This document shows, piece by piece, positions 19,471 to 29,246 of a stretch of DNA of 64,000 nt. The notes under the pieces are model-generated. The model saw only the letters and a program-made list of their open reading frames with translations, was not told the origin of the DNA and made no database searches. Within the stretch, counting starts at the first letter, position 1; each line of letters opens with the position of its first letter. The stretch comes from Candidatus Latescibacterota bacterium. Lineage in GTDB: Bacteria > Latescibacterota > UBA2968 > UBA8231. The stretch spans positions 5,184,001 to 5,248,000 of the forward strand of contig CBDETK010000013.1 in the NCBI GenBank assembly GCA_965242865.1, written 5' to 3'. The position numbers and the translations under genes were made by a program.

Positions 19471-20861
19471 TCGGCTTGGGACGCGGCCCAGGCCCGCCGC
19501 GCCTTCTCCATCTGTTCGGCCACGGCTTGGGGGCCTGTGCCGCCCTCTATATTGCGGCGTTCCAAACTGTGCCGCACGTCGAGCAGGCCGAGGGCGTCCG
19601 CGCCAAAGTCCGCGCTGTGGGCGCGCAGATCGTCCAAGCAGAGGTCGGTCAGCGCCCGGCCTTGCTCCAGCGAGGCCCGCACCAAGCGGCCGACGACGCC
19701 ATGGGCCTCGCGGAAAGGCACCCCTCGGCCCACTAAGTAGTCGGCCAAATCCGTGGCCAAGGCCGTGGAATCCACCGCGGACTCCATCCGCTCGACGCGC
19801 AATTCCATGCTTTCCCACACACCGGCGAAAACCGCTAGGCAAAGGGCCGCCGTTTCCAGCGCGTCAAAGAGCGGCTCTTTGTCCTCTTGCAGATCCTTGG
19901 CGTACGTCAACGGCACGGCCTTCATCGTCGTCAGCAGCGCCATGAGGCTGCCGTACACCCGGCCGGTCTTGCCGCGCACCAGTTCCAGCGCGTCTGGATT
20001 TTTCTTTTGCGGCATCATGCTAGAGCCGGTGGCAAAGTGATCGTGGAGCTCGACAAAGCCAAACTCGGCCGACGACCAGACGATCAAATCCTCGCAGAAG
20101 CGGCTCAAGTGCATCATGAGGATCGCCAGCGCGGCTAGGGTCTCTAGCAAAAAATCGCGGTCGCTGACCGCGTCGAGGCTGTTGGGGGTCACCTGCGAAA
20201 ACCCGAGTTCGCGGGCGAGGAATGCCCGGTCGAGCGGAAACGCGCTGCCGGCCAACGCCCCGGAACCCAACGGCAAAGCGTCGGCTCGCCGCCAAGCGTC
20301 TCCCAGCCGCTCGCGGTCGCGCTCCAACATCCAAAACAGCGCCAGCGCGTAGTGGGGAAAGAGAATGGGTTGGGCCTGCTGGACGTGGGTGTACCCGGGC
20401 AGCACCACGCGGCTGTGCTGCCCGCCCGACGCGATCAGCACGCCTTGCAGGTGGCGAAGGTGCGCTTGGAGCGATGCGATCTCGCCCCGCAGGTAGAGCC
20501 GCTCATCTAGGTTTACTTGGTCGTTGCGGCTGCGCCCGGTGTGCAGCTTGCCCCCGACCGGCCCGATCAGCTCGGTCAGCCGCTTCTCCACCGCCATGTG
20601 GATGTCTTCGAGCGCGTCCGGGAGCGCGCAGTCCGGGGCTGAAAACTCTTCCTGCACCTGCTTTAGCCCGGCTTCGGTTTGCTCCAGCTCCCCAGCGGTG
20701 AGCACGCCGGCCCGCTGCAGGGCGCGGGCGTAGGCCACGCTGCCGGCAACATCGGCCTCCAACAGCTTGCGGTCGAAGCCAATTGAGGCGTTGAACCGCT
20801 CCATCAGCTCGGCCGGTGCCCCCCGAAACCGACCGCCCCAAGGCGTTTGCACCTCGGCCAT
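19464..20861 (-). CDS. argH: Argininosuccinate lyase
   Basis: WGGRF, EDIH, HTGRSRNDQV, GSSMMPQKKNPD. Confidence 0.97.
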   Translation of the reverse strand: MAEVQTPWGGRFRGAPAELMERFNASIGFDRKLLEADVAGSVAYARALQRAGVLTAGELEQTEAGLKQVQEEFSAPDCALPDALEDIHMAVEKRLTELIGPVGGKLHTGRSRNDQVNLDERLYLRGEIASLQAHLRHLQGVLIASGGQHSRVVLPGYTHVQQAQPILFPHYALALFWMLERDRERLGDAWRRADALPLGSGALAGSAFPLDRAFLARELGFSQVTPNSLDAVSDRDFLLETLAALAILMMHLSRFCEDLIVWSSAEFGFVELHDHFATGSSMMPQKKNPDALELVRGKTGRVYGSLMALLTTMKAVPLTYAKDLQEDKEPLFDALETAALCLAVFAGVWESMELRVERMESAVDSTALATDLADYLVGRGVPFREAHGVVGRLVRASLEQGRALTDLCLDDLRAHSADFGADALGLLDVRHSLERRNIEGGTGPQAVAEQMEKARRAWAASQAEC

Positions 20862-22057
20862 CAGACCCCTTGGCGCAAGATCTCGTCGAATACATCTACC
20901 GCTTCGTCGAGGCGGTCGCGCTCGACGACTAGCGGCGGCAGGAAGCGCACCACATCGGCCCCGGCCGTGGCCACCAAGATGGCGCGCTGGCGGAAGGCGG
21001 CCAGATAGCCGGCGGCTGGCTGGCTGGTGACCGCACCGGCGATCAGCCCTTGGCCGCGGATTTCGGTAATGTGCTCAGGCCAGCGCTGTTGCAGCTTTTG
21101 CAGGCGGCCAATGAGGTGCTCGCCTTTTTCGCGCACCCCGTCGATAAAGCCCGGTTCGAGCAGCTTGCCCAAGACGGCGGTCGCCGCCGCACAGGCTACG
21201 GGATTGGCGCCGAAAGTCGCGGCGTGGTCACCGGCCTCGATGGCGTCGGCCACCTGCTGCCGCAACAGCGCTACGCCGATGGGCAAGCCGCCGCCGAGGG
21301 CCTTGGCCAAGGTCATAATATCCGGCTCCACCTCGTATTGTTGATAGGCCCACAGCGAGCCTAAGCGCCCGCAGCCCACTTGGATCTCGTCGAAAACGAG
21401 CAGCATCCCCCGCTCGTCGCACAGACGCCGCAGCCCAGCGAGAAATTCCCGCGTCGCGGCGTGGATGCCGCCCTCGGCCTGCAATGGCTCGACCAAAATC
21501 GCGCAGGTCTGCTCCGTGACCAGTGCCTCCACAGAGGCCAAATCGTTGAATTGGGCGAAGGCAATGCCCGGCAGCAGCGGCTCAAAGCCCCGGTGGTACT
21601 TGGGCTGGCCGGTCGTCGAGATGGAGCCATAGGTCCGGCCGTGAAAGGAATTTTCAAAGGCGATGAGGTGGTTTTTGGGCGGGTCGTGGGTGGTGTTGCC
21701 CCACTTGCGGCAGAACTTGAGCGAAGCCTCCCACGCCTCAGTGCCGCTGTTGCAGAAAAACACTCGGTCGGCAAACGAGTGCTCGACCAACTGCTGCGCC
21801 ACCGTTACCGAAGGGATGGTGTGGTAGAGGTTTGACACGTGCATCAGCTTGGCGGCTTGGGTCTCAATGGCCTTGAGGACCTCGTAGTCGCCGTAGCCCA
21901 ACGCATTGACCGCCAAGCCGCTGACAAAATCGAGATAGCGGTTGCCGTCTAGGTCGAAGAGATAGACCCCATTGCCCCGCTCTAGTACGAACTCGGGCCG
22001 GCCGTAGGTCTGCAAAATGTATTGCGCTTCGCCCTTGATGATGTCTTCGGTTTTCAT
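20861..22057 (-). CDS. argD: Acetylornithine aminotransferase
   Basis: FFCNSGTEA, FHGRT, DEIQVGCGRLG, LAKALGGGLPIG; start MKTEDI. Confidence 0.93.
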   Translation of the reverse strand: MKTEDIIKGEAQYILQTYGRPEFVLERGNGVYLFDLDGNRYLDFVSGLAVNALGYGDYEVLKAIETQAAKLMHVSNLYHTIPSVTVAQQLVEHSFADRVFFCNSGTEAWEASLKFCRKWGNTTHDPPKNHLIAFENSFHGRTYGSISTTGQPKYHRGFEPLLPGIAFAQFNDLASVEALVTEQTCAILVEPLQAEGGIHAATREFLAGLRRLCDERGMLLVFDEIQVGCGRLGSLWAYQQYEVEPDIMTLAKALGGGLPIGVALLRQQVADAIEAGDHAATFGANPVACAAATAVLGKLLEPGFIDGVREKGEHLIGRLQKLQQRWPEHITEIRGQGLIAGAVTSQPAAGYLAAFRQRAILVATAGADVVRFLPPLVVERDRLDEAVDVFDEILRQGV

Positions 22058-22074
22058 GGTTTTCTCCGTTGTCC

Positions 22075-22962
22075 CTACTGGACGATTTGGGTGCCAATAC
22101 CCTGCCGGGTGTAGAACTCGAGCAACATCGCATGCGGCACGCGCCCATCGACGACGTGGATTTTGCGCACCCCGGCTTTGACCGACTTGACCCCGGCTTC
22201 GACCTTGGGAATCATGCCGCCGTAAATCACCCCGCGGTCGATTAGCTCGCCCACCTCGCAGACGCGCACGGTGGACAGCAGGGACGCATCGTCTTTGAGA
22301 TCGCACATAATGCCCTGCACATCCGTTAAAAAAACCAATTTCTCCGCGTGCAACGCCGCGGCGATTTCCCCGGCCGCCGTATCGGCATTGACGTTGAAGC
22401 TCTCGCCCTGCGGGCCGCGGCCAATCGGCGCGACCACCGGGATCATGCCCTTGTCTATCAGGCCCAACAAAGGCGCGGTATCCACGTGCTCCACATCGCC
22501 GACATAGCCGATGTCCAGGGGGCCGCCCGCGGTTTGCGCCCAGTGCTTGCGCACCTGCATGACCCCGGCGTCCTTGGCCGAGACGCCCACGGCCCGCCCG
22601 CCCAACTCCCCGATCGCGCAGACGATGCGAGCGTTGACCTCGCCAAATAGCACATCCTCGACCACCCTCATCGTCGCCGTGTCCGTCACCCGCAACCCAT
22701 CTACGCGCCGGCTCTCAATGCCCACGGCTTGCAACCGGCGCGTGATGGCCGGGCCGCCGCCGTGGACCACGACCGGGCAGATGCCGACCGCCTGCATGAA
22801 GACGATGTCCTTGTGGACGGTGTCCCCGCTGCCCATCGCGCTGCCGCCGTATTTGACGACCATCACTTTGCCGCGGAATTCCCGTAGGTACGGCAGGGCC
22901 TCGATCAGGGTCTCGGCTTTGCCGATCTGGCCCTGCAAGTCCAGCAAGACCTCGGCGTCCAT
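22075..22962 (-). CDS. argB: Acetylglutamate kinase
   Basis: VVKYGGSAM, VHGGGP, GLRVTD, NVNADT, GGMIPKV. Confidence 0.96.
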   Translation of the reverse strand: MDAEVLLDLQGQIGKAETLIEALPYLREFRGKVMVVKYGGSAMGSGDTVHKDIVFMQAVGICPVVVHGGGPAITRRLQAVGIESRRVDGLRVTDTATMRVVEDVLFGEVNARIVCAIGELGGRAVGVSAKDAGVMQVRKHWAQTAGGPLDIGYVGDVEHVDTAPLLGLIDKGMIPVVAPIGRGPQGESFNVNADTAAGEIAAALHAEKLVFLTDVQGIMCDLKDDASLLSTVRVCEVGELIDRGVIYGGMIPKVEAGVKSVKAGVRKIHVVDGRVPHAMLLEFYTRQGIGTQIVQ

Positions 22963-23429
22963 CACTCCGCCTCGCCGCATACCGCGTCGATCTTGGCGAC
23001 CAATGTAGCCGCATCTCGCTGGGAACGGGTGACGACGAAGATCATGTTTTCGCCGGCCAGCGTGCCCGCGACTTCGGCCCAACCAATGCGATCAATGGCC
23101 TCGCAGACGCTCTGGGCGTGTCCCGACGCGGTCCGCACCAAGACCATGTTGATCACCTGTTCGGCTTGGACCAAGAAGTCCTGCAACTCTCGCTCTAGAA
23201 TGTGCAGGTCGCGCAGCGTAGCCCCGGCTTCGGGCAGCGTGTAGCGAAACCCTCCGTTGGCCTGCGGCACCCGGACCACGCCTATTTCGCGCAAGTCTTT
23301 CGACAAGGTCGACTGGCTGACCCCAATGCCCTGTTGCTGAAGGACCTCGGCCAATTTCTCGTGCGTATCAATGGCTTTGCTGGAAAGCAATTCCCGTATG
23401 CGGGTCTGCCGCATCTGTTTATTACGCAT
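22962..23429 (-). CDS. argR: Arginine repressor
   Basis: VSQSTLSKDLREIG HTH; GTLAGEN variant of GTIAGDD. Confidence 0.92.
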   Translation of the reverse strand: MRNKQMRQTRIRELLSSKAIDTHEKLAEVLQQQGIGVSQSTLSKDLREIGVVRVPQANGGFRYTLPEAGATLRDLHILERELQDFLVQAEQVINMVLVRTASGHAQSVCEAIDRIGWAEVAGTLAGENMIFVVTRSQRDAATLVAKIDAVCGEAE

Positions 23430-23445
23430 AATTTTTATTATTTAA

Positions 23446-23495
23446 TTGAAATAAAAATTTCAAATTAGAGTAGAGTACCGGCGGGCCGGTGTCAA
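23446..23495 (-). promoter_or_regulatory. Sigma70 promoter and palindromic operator of the arg operon
   Basis: TTGACA (23495-23490), 17 bp, TACTCT (23472-23467); palindrome TTGAAAT-N4-ATTTCAA at 23446-23463. Confidence 0.7.
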
Positions 23496-23516
23496 GCAGG
23501 AGTCGCTGCCTACGGC

Positions 23517-24299
23517 CTACGCCTGCCCCGAGGCCATGAGCTCTTGCAGGCGCAGCTTGAGTTGCCGACGGTCCAGCCCCCGCCAGAAAACCCCGCCAAC
23601 GGCCAGCGAAATGGTGCTATTCTCCTCGGAGACGACGATAATTACCGCGTCCGATTCCTGCGATAGCCCCAAGGCCGCCCGATGGCGGGTTCCCAGCCGC
23701 TGGTCTTCGACCTCTTCCGCCAGCGACAAGGTGCAGCGGGCCGCGACCAAGCGCTCGCCTTGGATGACGACGGCTCGGTCGTGCAGCGGGGTGCGCGGGC
23801 TGAAGATCGTGGCGAGCAAATCGCCCGACACCTCTGAATTTAGGGGCACCCCGGTATCAATGACCGGCCTGATTTGGACTTGGCGCACCAGCACGATGAG
23901 CGCCCCGTACCCCAACTCGGCCAAGCGTTCGACGCCGCTGACGACCTCGTCGATGACCCGCGACGGCTCGGCCTTGTACAACCAGCGGAACACCGGGGTC
24001 TGCCCCAAGGCTTGGAGGAGCCGGCGCAGTTCGGGCTGGAAGAGGATGACCAGCAGGATCAGCAGAATGGAGCGCACCTGTTCCAGAAGCCAAGACAGGG
24101 CGTTCATATTGAGCCAAGGCGCGGCCAAGGCCACGATCACCATGAGCAGGAGCCCGGCGACCATGTGGGCGGCGCGGGTTTCCTTGATTAGGGAGAGCAA
24201 GCGGTAAAAGATAAAGCCCACCAGCAGGATATCCGCCACAGAGGTCAGGGAGACGGGCAGAAAGCCAAAGAGGGTAAACAGGACCGGGTCTTTTAGCAC
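23517..24299 (-). CDS. cdaA: Diadenylate cyclase CdaA/DacA
   Basis: Three TMs, FQPELRR, TPLHD(R)A, GTRHRAALG, VSEE. Confidence 0.92.
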   Translation of the reverse strand: MLKDPVLFTLFGFLPVSLTSVADILLVGFIFYRLLSLIKETRAAHMVAGLLLMVIVALAAPWLNMNALSWLLEQVRSILLILLVILFQPELRRLLQALGQTPVFRWLYKAEPSRVIDEVVSGVERLAELGYGALIVLVRQVQIRPVIDTGVPLNSEVSGDLLATIFSPRTPLHDRAVVIQGERLVAARCTLSLAEEVEDQRLGTRHRAALGLSQESDAVIIVVSEENSTISLAVGGVFWRGLDRRQLKLRLQELMASGQA

Positions 24300-25126
24300 G
24301 GCACTTGGCCCCGCACGGCCTCGACAAAGCGGACCGCCCGCAGCGTCTCGGCCACGTCGTGGACGCGCAGGATGTGGACGCCCGCCCTAGCCGCTAATGC
24401 CGCGGCCGCTAAGCTACCTGCCAAGCTCTCAGCGGCTGACAGCCCGAGAGTCTTCCATATAAAGGATTTGCGCGAAGCCCCCACGAGCAACGGGCGCTCT
24501 AAGCGCGAGAAACGCTCTAGCATCCCCAGCAAGGCGAGGTTGCCCGCTGGCGACTTGCCAAATCCCAAGCCCGGATCCACGGCCACGCGCTCGACGCCTT
24601 GGGCTTGGGCGAAGCGCACGCGCTCTGCTAGAAAGGAATACACTGTCCCGGGTGCGTCGTCGCAGGGGGCCGACGCCGTGTTCCAGCCGTGCATCAGGAC
24701 CACCGGGGCTTTGGCCTGTGCGGCCACCGCGACCATGGCCGGATCGCAGCGCAGCGCACTAATGTCGTTGATGATGTCGGCCCCGGCCTCAAGGGCCTGC
24801 TGCGCGACTGGGGCTTTGACCGTGTCGACCGAGATGGGCACCTCGCTCTGGCGGCGAAGCTCCTCGACGACCGGGAGCACTCGGGCGCATTCCTCGGCCA
24901 CCGAGACGGCCTCGGCCACCCCGTACAGCGGCGGCCGGGACGATTCTCCGCCTATATCGACAATCGCCGCCCCTTCCTCCACCATCTCCAAGCCGCGCTC
25001 CACCGCGACCTTGGGGTCGCAGTAGCGACCTCCGTCGTAAAACGAATCGGGCGTCGCATTGAGGACGCCCATGATCTGCACTTGGTGGTTAAAGCAAAGG
25101 GGGCGACCCCTCAGCTCCCAGATCAC
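24293..25126 (-). CDS. folP: Dihydropteroate synthase
   Basis: IMGVLNATPDSFYDGG, DIGGESSRP, DPGLGFGK, GASRKS, RVHDV. Confidence 0.96.
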   Translation of the reverse strand: MIWELRGRPLCFNHQVQIMGVLNATPDSFYDGGRYCDPKVAVERGLEMVEEGAAIVDIGGESSRPPLYGVAEAVSVAEECARVLPVVEELRRQSEVPISVDTVKAPVAQQALEAGADIINDISALRCDPAMVAVAAQAKAPVVLMHGWNTASAPCDDAPGTVYSFLAERVRFAQAQGVERVAVDPGLGFGKSPAGNLALLGMLERFSRLERPLLVGASRKSFIWKTLGLSAAESLAGSLAAAALAARAGVHILRVHDVAETLRAVRFVEAVRGQVPC

Positions 25127-27060
25127 GCCTCGTCCTCGGCGCTCAAGGCGCGCACTGGTTCGCGGGCGAGCGGCTCGCCGGCCAAGACTTGGTCGATCTC
25201 GGCGTCGTCGAGGACCTCGTACGCGAGGAGGGCGCGGGCCAACGAGTGCAGCTTGTCCGCGCCCTCTCCGAGGATGCGCAGCGCGGTCTCCTCGGCCTCC
25301 ATCACCAGCTTGCGAATCTCGCGATCAACGGCTTGGGCCGTCTCTTCGCTCAGGTGGCGGCTGCGGGTAAATTCCTTGCCGAGAAAGACCTCGTCGTCGC
25401 TGCCGCCCAACGAGAGGGGGCCGAGCTCTTCGTTCATGCCCCAATCGCAAACCATGGAGCGGGCCAAGCGCGCCACTTGCTGGTAGTCGCCTTGGGCGCC
25501 GGTGGAGCGCTCGGCAAAAACCAACTTCTCGGCCGCGCAACCGCCCAGCGCCGTAGCCAGATGGGCCTTTAGCCGCGTCTCGGTCAGGGACCGCCGCTCG
25601 TCGGCTAAAAAGGAAACCATGCCCATGGCCTGCCCTCGCGGAATAATGGTGGCCTTGCCAATGGCCGGGCCGCCTTTGAGGCTCTTGGCGACCAAGGCGT
25701 GGCCGGCTTCGTGGTAGGCCGAAAGCCGCTGATCCTCCTCGGTCAGGACCATGCTGCGGCGCTCGGCCCCGAGCATCACCTTGTCTTTGGCCGCTTCAAA
25801 ATCGCCCATGTCAACGGTCTTGCGATCGCGCCGCGAGGCCAGCAAGGCCGCCTCGTTGACCAAGTTCTCCAAGTCGGCGCCGGAAAGCCCAGGCGTGCCC
25901 TGCGCCACCTTTTGCAAATCGACATCCGGGTCCAGCGGCACCTTGCGCACGTGGACCTTGAGGACGCCCTCTCGCCCCCGCACATCGGGCAGGTCAACCA
26001 CCACCCGGCGGTCGAAGCGGCCGGGCCGCAACAGCGCGGGATCGAGTACGTCCGGGCGATTGGTCGCGGCGATGAGAATGACGCCATCGTTGGACTCAAA
26101 TCCGTCCATTTCTACTAGGAGCTGGTTGAGGGTCTGCTCGCGCTCGTCGTGGCCGCCGCCAATGCCGGCCCCGCGGTGCCGACCTACCGCGTCGATCTCA
26201 TCGACGAAAATGAGGCACGGGGCATTGGCCTTGCCTTGTTCAAAAAGGTCGCGCACGCGCGAGGCGCCGACCCCGACGAACATCTCGACGAAGTCCGAGC
26301 CGCTGATCGAAAAGAAGGGCACGCCGGCTTCGCCAGCCACCGCCCGCGCCAAGTGCGTCTTGCCCGTGCCGGGCGGGCCGATCATTAAGACGCCCTTGGG
26401 AATTCGCCCGCCGAGCCGCTGAAACCGGTGTGGATCCTTGAGAAATTCAATGATCTCCTCCAGCTCCTTCTTGGCCTCGTCCGCCCCGGCCACATCGGCA
26501 AAGGTCGCCTTGTGCTTGTCTTCCAACAGGAGCTTGGCGCGGCTTTTGCCAAAGGAAAACAGCCCGCGCGCCCCGCCCTGCATCTGCCGCAACATGAATA
26601 CCCAGAAGGCGATAAACAGCAGCCACGGCAAAAAGCTGAAGAGGAAATTGTACCACCGGAAAGGTTCTTCCTCAAAGCGAAAATCAACCCCTTTTTCCTC
26701 CCACTCGCGCTTGGTCGCCCCGTCTATCGGCCCCAAGTTGACCACAAAGCGGGTTCGGTCGTGCAACACGCCTTCAAACTCGCGCTCCCCCACGATGACG
26801 GCCTCGGAGATGCGCTCCTCCTCCAAGTATTGGCGGTATTGCTTGTACGAGACGAGTTGCGGGTCGGAAGGTTTGCTGGCAAAGAACTTGGCGACGAAGA
26901 TCATCACTAACACAAAGAAGAGCCAGAACGCCTGAGTCCGCGAAGGGCGGCGCCAGCGCCGCGGCTTGTCGTCGCCATCGGCCTGCGGGCGCTCCGACCC
27001 GCGGTCCTCTACAAGGCGCTTGGGGCGTTCCTCTGGGGCCTGCTTTTTTCGTCCCTCCAT
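25123..27060 (-). CDS. ftsH: ATP-dependent zinc metalloprotease FtsH
   Basis: Two TMs, [28 protein letters not shown]. Confidence 0.98.
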   Translation of the reverse strand: MEGRKKQAPEERPKRLVEDRGSERPQADGDDKPRRWRRPSRTQAFWLFFVLVMIFVAKFFASKPSDPQLVSYKQYRQYLEEERISEAVIVGEREFEGVLHDRTRFVVNLGPIDGATKREWEEKGVDFRFEEEPFRWYNFLFSFLPWLLFIAFWVFMLRQMQGGARGLFSFGKSRAKLLLEDKHKATFADVAGADEAKKELEEIIEFLKDPHRFQRLGGRIPKGVLMIGPPGTGKTHLARAVAGEAGVPFFSISGSDFVEMFVGVGASRVRDLFEQGKANAPCLIFVDEIDAVGRHRGAGIGGGHDEREQTLNQLLVEMDGFESNDGVILIAATNRPDVLDPALLRPGRFDRRVVVDLPDVRGREGVLKVHVRKVPLDPDVDLQKVAQGTPGLSGADLENLVNEAALLASRRDRKTVDMGDFEAAKDKVMLGAERRSMVLTEEDQRLSAYHEAGHALVAKSLKGGPAIGKATIIPRGQAMGMVSFLADERRSLTETRLKAHLATALGGCAAEKLVFAERSTGAQGDYQQVARLARSMVCDWGMNEELGPLSLGGSDDEVFLGKEFTRSRHLSEETAQAVDREIRKLVMEAEETALRILGEGADKLHSLARALLAYEVLDDAEIDQVLAGEPLAREPVRALSAEDEA

Positions 27061-27073
27061 AAGATGCTCTAGG

Positions 27074-28456
27074 TCAATCGCCGTCCCAATGCCTCAGCGT
27101 ACACAAGGCAATGCGGCGCGTAGTGGGTTTTATTCTGAAGGCATGACTAGAACGCAGCGGTGCGACCCAAGCTATTTCCTCTCCTCGGGCCAGTACGAGC
27201 ACTTCGTCGCGCGAGATTTTTGGCCACTTGGCGTCGATGAGAAAGTCGCTCAACTTCTTGTGACCTTCCATGCCCAGCGGCTGAAAGCGATCGCCGGCCC
27301 GCAGGCTGCGCACTTGCACCCGCGCACCGAGGCGGTCTGCGTCTAAAGCCACCTGTGCGCCTCCTAACTGGGCCTTGTCGAAGTGTTCCGGGGAAAAGAC
27401 TTGGACGCGGATTTTCACGCCGTGCTCTCTTAGCACGAGCGCACCGGGTATATCGAAGCCGCACGCGACCGACGGGCGTCGGCCGCGGCGCAGGATATAG
27501 CGCGTACCGCAACCCTGCCCTCGCAGCCCAGCACCCAATACCCGCAGGCGCTGGTCGCCGGCCCCAATCCAACCCCGCACTTGCTCAACGCGGGCAAAAT
27601 CAAAAGGGCTTTCGGCCACGGCGAGGCTCTGGAGCGCGGCGCGCAGTACGCGTCTTTGCATGGCTATATGATAAGCGAGAAGCCTAGTACTATCAAGGGC
27701 CACCTTGTCGTTGCAACGCTCACAACTCACTGTATCTAAAGCCTCTTGGGTTAGTTCGGCGAGCAAATCATCTTCGGCTTTGAGCAGCGCGGCCGTGCGA
27801 TTTAGAACCTCGGCGATGTTGGAATTATAGCTCCTGAGCAAGGGCATGAGTTCCCCGCGCACCCGATTGCGCAAAAAGCGCGGGTCGCGATTGGAAGGAT
27901 CCGCTCGGTAGCGCAAGCCCTGCTGCTGCGCGTACTGTTCGATCTCAGCGCGCCACACGCGCAGCAGCGGCCGCAGATAGCGGCCCGCGCGCACGATGTC
28001 CATCCCGCCTAAGCCGGTGGCCCCGCTGCCGCGCAACAAGCGCAAGATCACGGTCTCGGCTTGGTCGTCAGCGTGGTGCCCCAAGGCGATGAACTCGGCC
28101 CCGGTCCGGTCGGCGATTTGGTCGAGAAAGGCGTAGCGTTGCCGCCGCCCCGCTTCCTCCAACGACAGGCCCTCGCTTCGAGCGTATGCCCCCACATCGC
28201 GCCGCTCTACCGAGCAAGGCAGCCCGCGCCGCTGGGCCTCGCTGGCGACAAAGCGGCCATCGGCGGCCGAATCCGGCCTGAGCGCGTGGTCTAAGTGCGC
28301 CACGTGCAAGCGGTACTTTAGGCCATCCAAGACATCGAGCAGCGCACTCGAATCGACGCCGCCCGACGCGGCCACGACCAAGCTGGCCCCGCCCTCCACG
28401 CCCGCTTCCCGCAGCACTTGCCGCACCCTCGAAACGATGGATTCCATAGCAGTCAT
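27074..28456 (-). CDS. tilS: tRNA(Ile)-lysidine synthase
   Basis: SGGVDS, HHADDQAET, RNRVR, C-terminal KKLSDFLIDAK. Confidence 0.96.
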   Translation of the reverse strand: MTAMESIVSRVRQVLREAGVEGGASLVVAASGGVDSSALLDVLDGLKYRLHVAHLDHALRPDSAADGRFVASEAQRRGLPCSVERRDVGAYARSEGLSLEEAGRRQRYAFLDQIADRTGAEFIALGHHADDQAETVILRLLRGSGATGLGGMDIVRAGRYLRPLLRVWRAEIEQYAQQQGLRYRADPSNRDPRFLRNRVRGELMPLLRSYNSNIAEVLNRTAALLKAEDDLLAELTQEALDTVSCERCNDKVALDSTRLLAYHIAMQRRVLRAALQSLAVAESPFDFARVEQVRGWIGAGDQRLRVLGAGLRGQGCGTRYILRRGRRPSVACGFDIPGALVLREHGVKIRVQVFSPEHFDKAQLGGAQVALDADRLGARVQVRSLRAGDRFQPLGMEGHKKLSDFLIDAKWPKISRDEVLVLARGEEIAWVAPLRSSHAFRIKPTTRRIALCTLRHWDGD

Positions 28457-28528
28457 CCCCGGCGCGCAAAGCCAAAAAGGTACCCTGAGTGCGCCATGAG
28501 GAGGGCAAATTAGACGAAGAGGGGTCCC

Positions 28529-28565
28529 TTGACAAATGAACTAATGTGCAGTATATATAAGTTCA
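28529..28565 (+). promoter_or_regulatory. lexA promoter with candidate SOS box
   Basis: TTGACA (28529), 17 bp, TATATA (28552); TGAAC-TAAT-GTGCA (28537-28550) in the spacer; GTTCA half-site at 28561-28565. Confidence 0.7.
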
Positions 28566-28608
28566 CGTCTATTCTCACCTTTTTTCCCTAGTTTATAGAG
28601 GTTCACTC

Positions 28609-29235
28609 ATGCCCAAGCCCCTAACCAATCGCCAACAAGCAATTTACGACTTCATCGCCGACGCCATTCGCTCTGGAGGCCCCCCCACAATCCGCGAGAT
28701 CATGGACGTCTTTGGCATCAACTCCACCAATGGCGTGCGTACGACCTTGGAAACTTTGGAGAAAAAAGGCTACATCCGCCGCCGGGCGCGCCGGTCCCGG
28801 GGCATCCAACTCGTCGATTGCGCCAAGCCCACCGCCCTTGCCACAGACCTGCGCGAAGTCCCCCTAATTGGCCGGGTCGCCGCGGGCACCCCCATCCTCG
28901 CCACCCAAAACATCGAAACCACGCTCAACGTCGATGCCTCGCTCGTGCCCGCTTCCGGCGAAGTCTTCGCGCTGCGCATCCACGGCGAGAGCATGTCCAA
29001 CGCCGGGATTCTCGATGGCGACATCGTCATTGCCCGCCAGCAAGACCGCGCCGAGCGCGGCGACATCGTCGTCGCGCTGCTCGGCGACGAAGCCACAGTC
29101 AAGCGCTATGCCCCCGCGCCCGACGGCATCCAGCTCCTGCCCGAAAACGAAGCGTTCGCCCCCATCGTCGTCCCGCCCGACGCCGACGGGTTCAGCATCG
29201 CCGGCAAAGTTGTGGGCCTTATGCGCCGCTTCTAG
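28609..29235 (+). CDS. lexA: SOS repressor LexA
   Basis: PPTIREI HTH, GRVAAG cleavage site, GESM serine, TVKR lysine. Confidence 0.96.
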   Translation: MPKPLTNRQQAIYDFIADAIRSGGPPTIREIMDVFGINSTNGVRTTLETLEKKGYIRRRARRSRGIQLVDCAKPTALATDLREVPLIGRVAAGTPILATQNIETTLNVDASLVPASGEVFALRIHGESMSNAGILDGDIVIARQQDRAERGDIVVALLGDEATVKRYAPAPDGIQLLPENEAFAPIVVPPDADGFSIAGKVVGLMRRF

Positions 29236-29246
29236 GGGGTGCTTAG

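Noticed and set aside
18043-19842. Long N-terminal extensions on the enolase paralogue, argD, argB, mreD and the peptidase in the ORF track
   Set aside because: They overlap upstream genes and are artefacts of longest-ORF calling in GC-rich DNA
23517-28456. tilS-ftsH-folP-cdaA cluster as a new system
   Set aside because: Widely conserved housekeeping synteny
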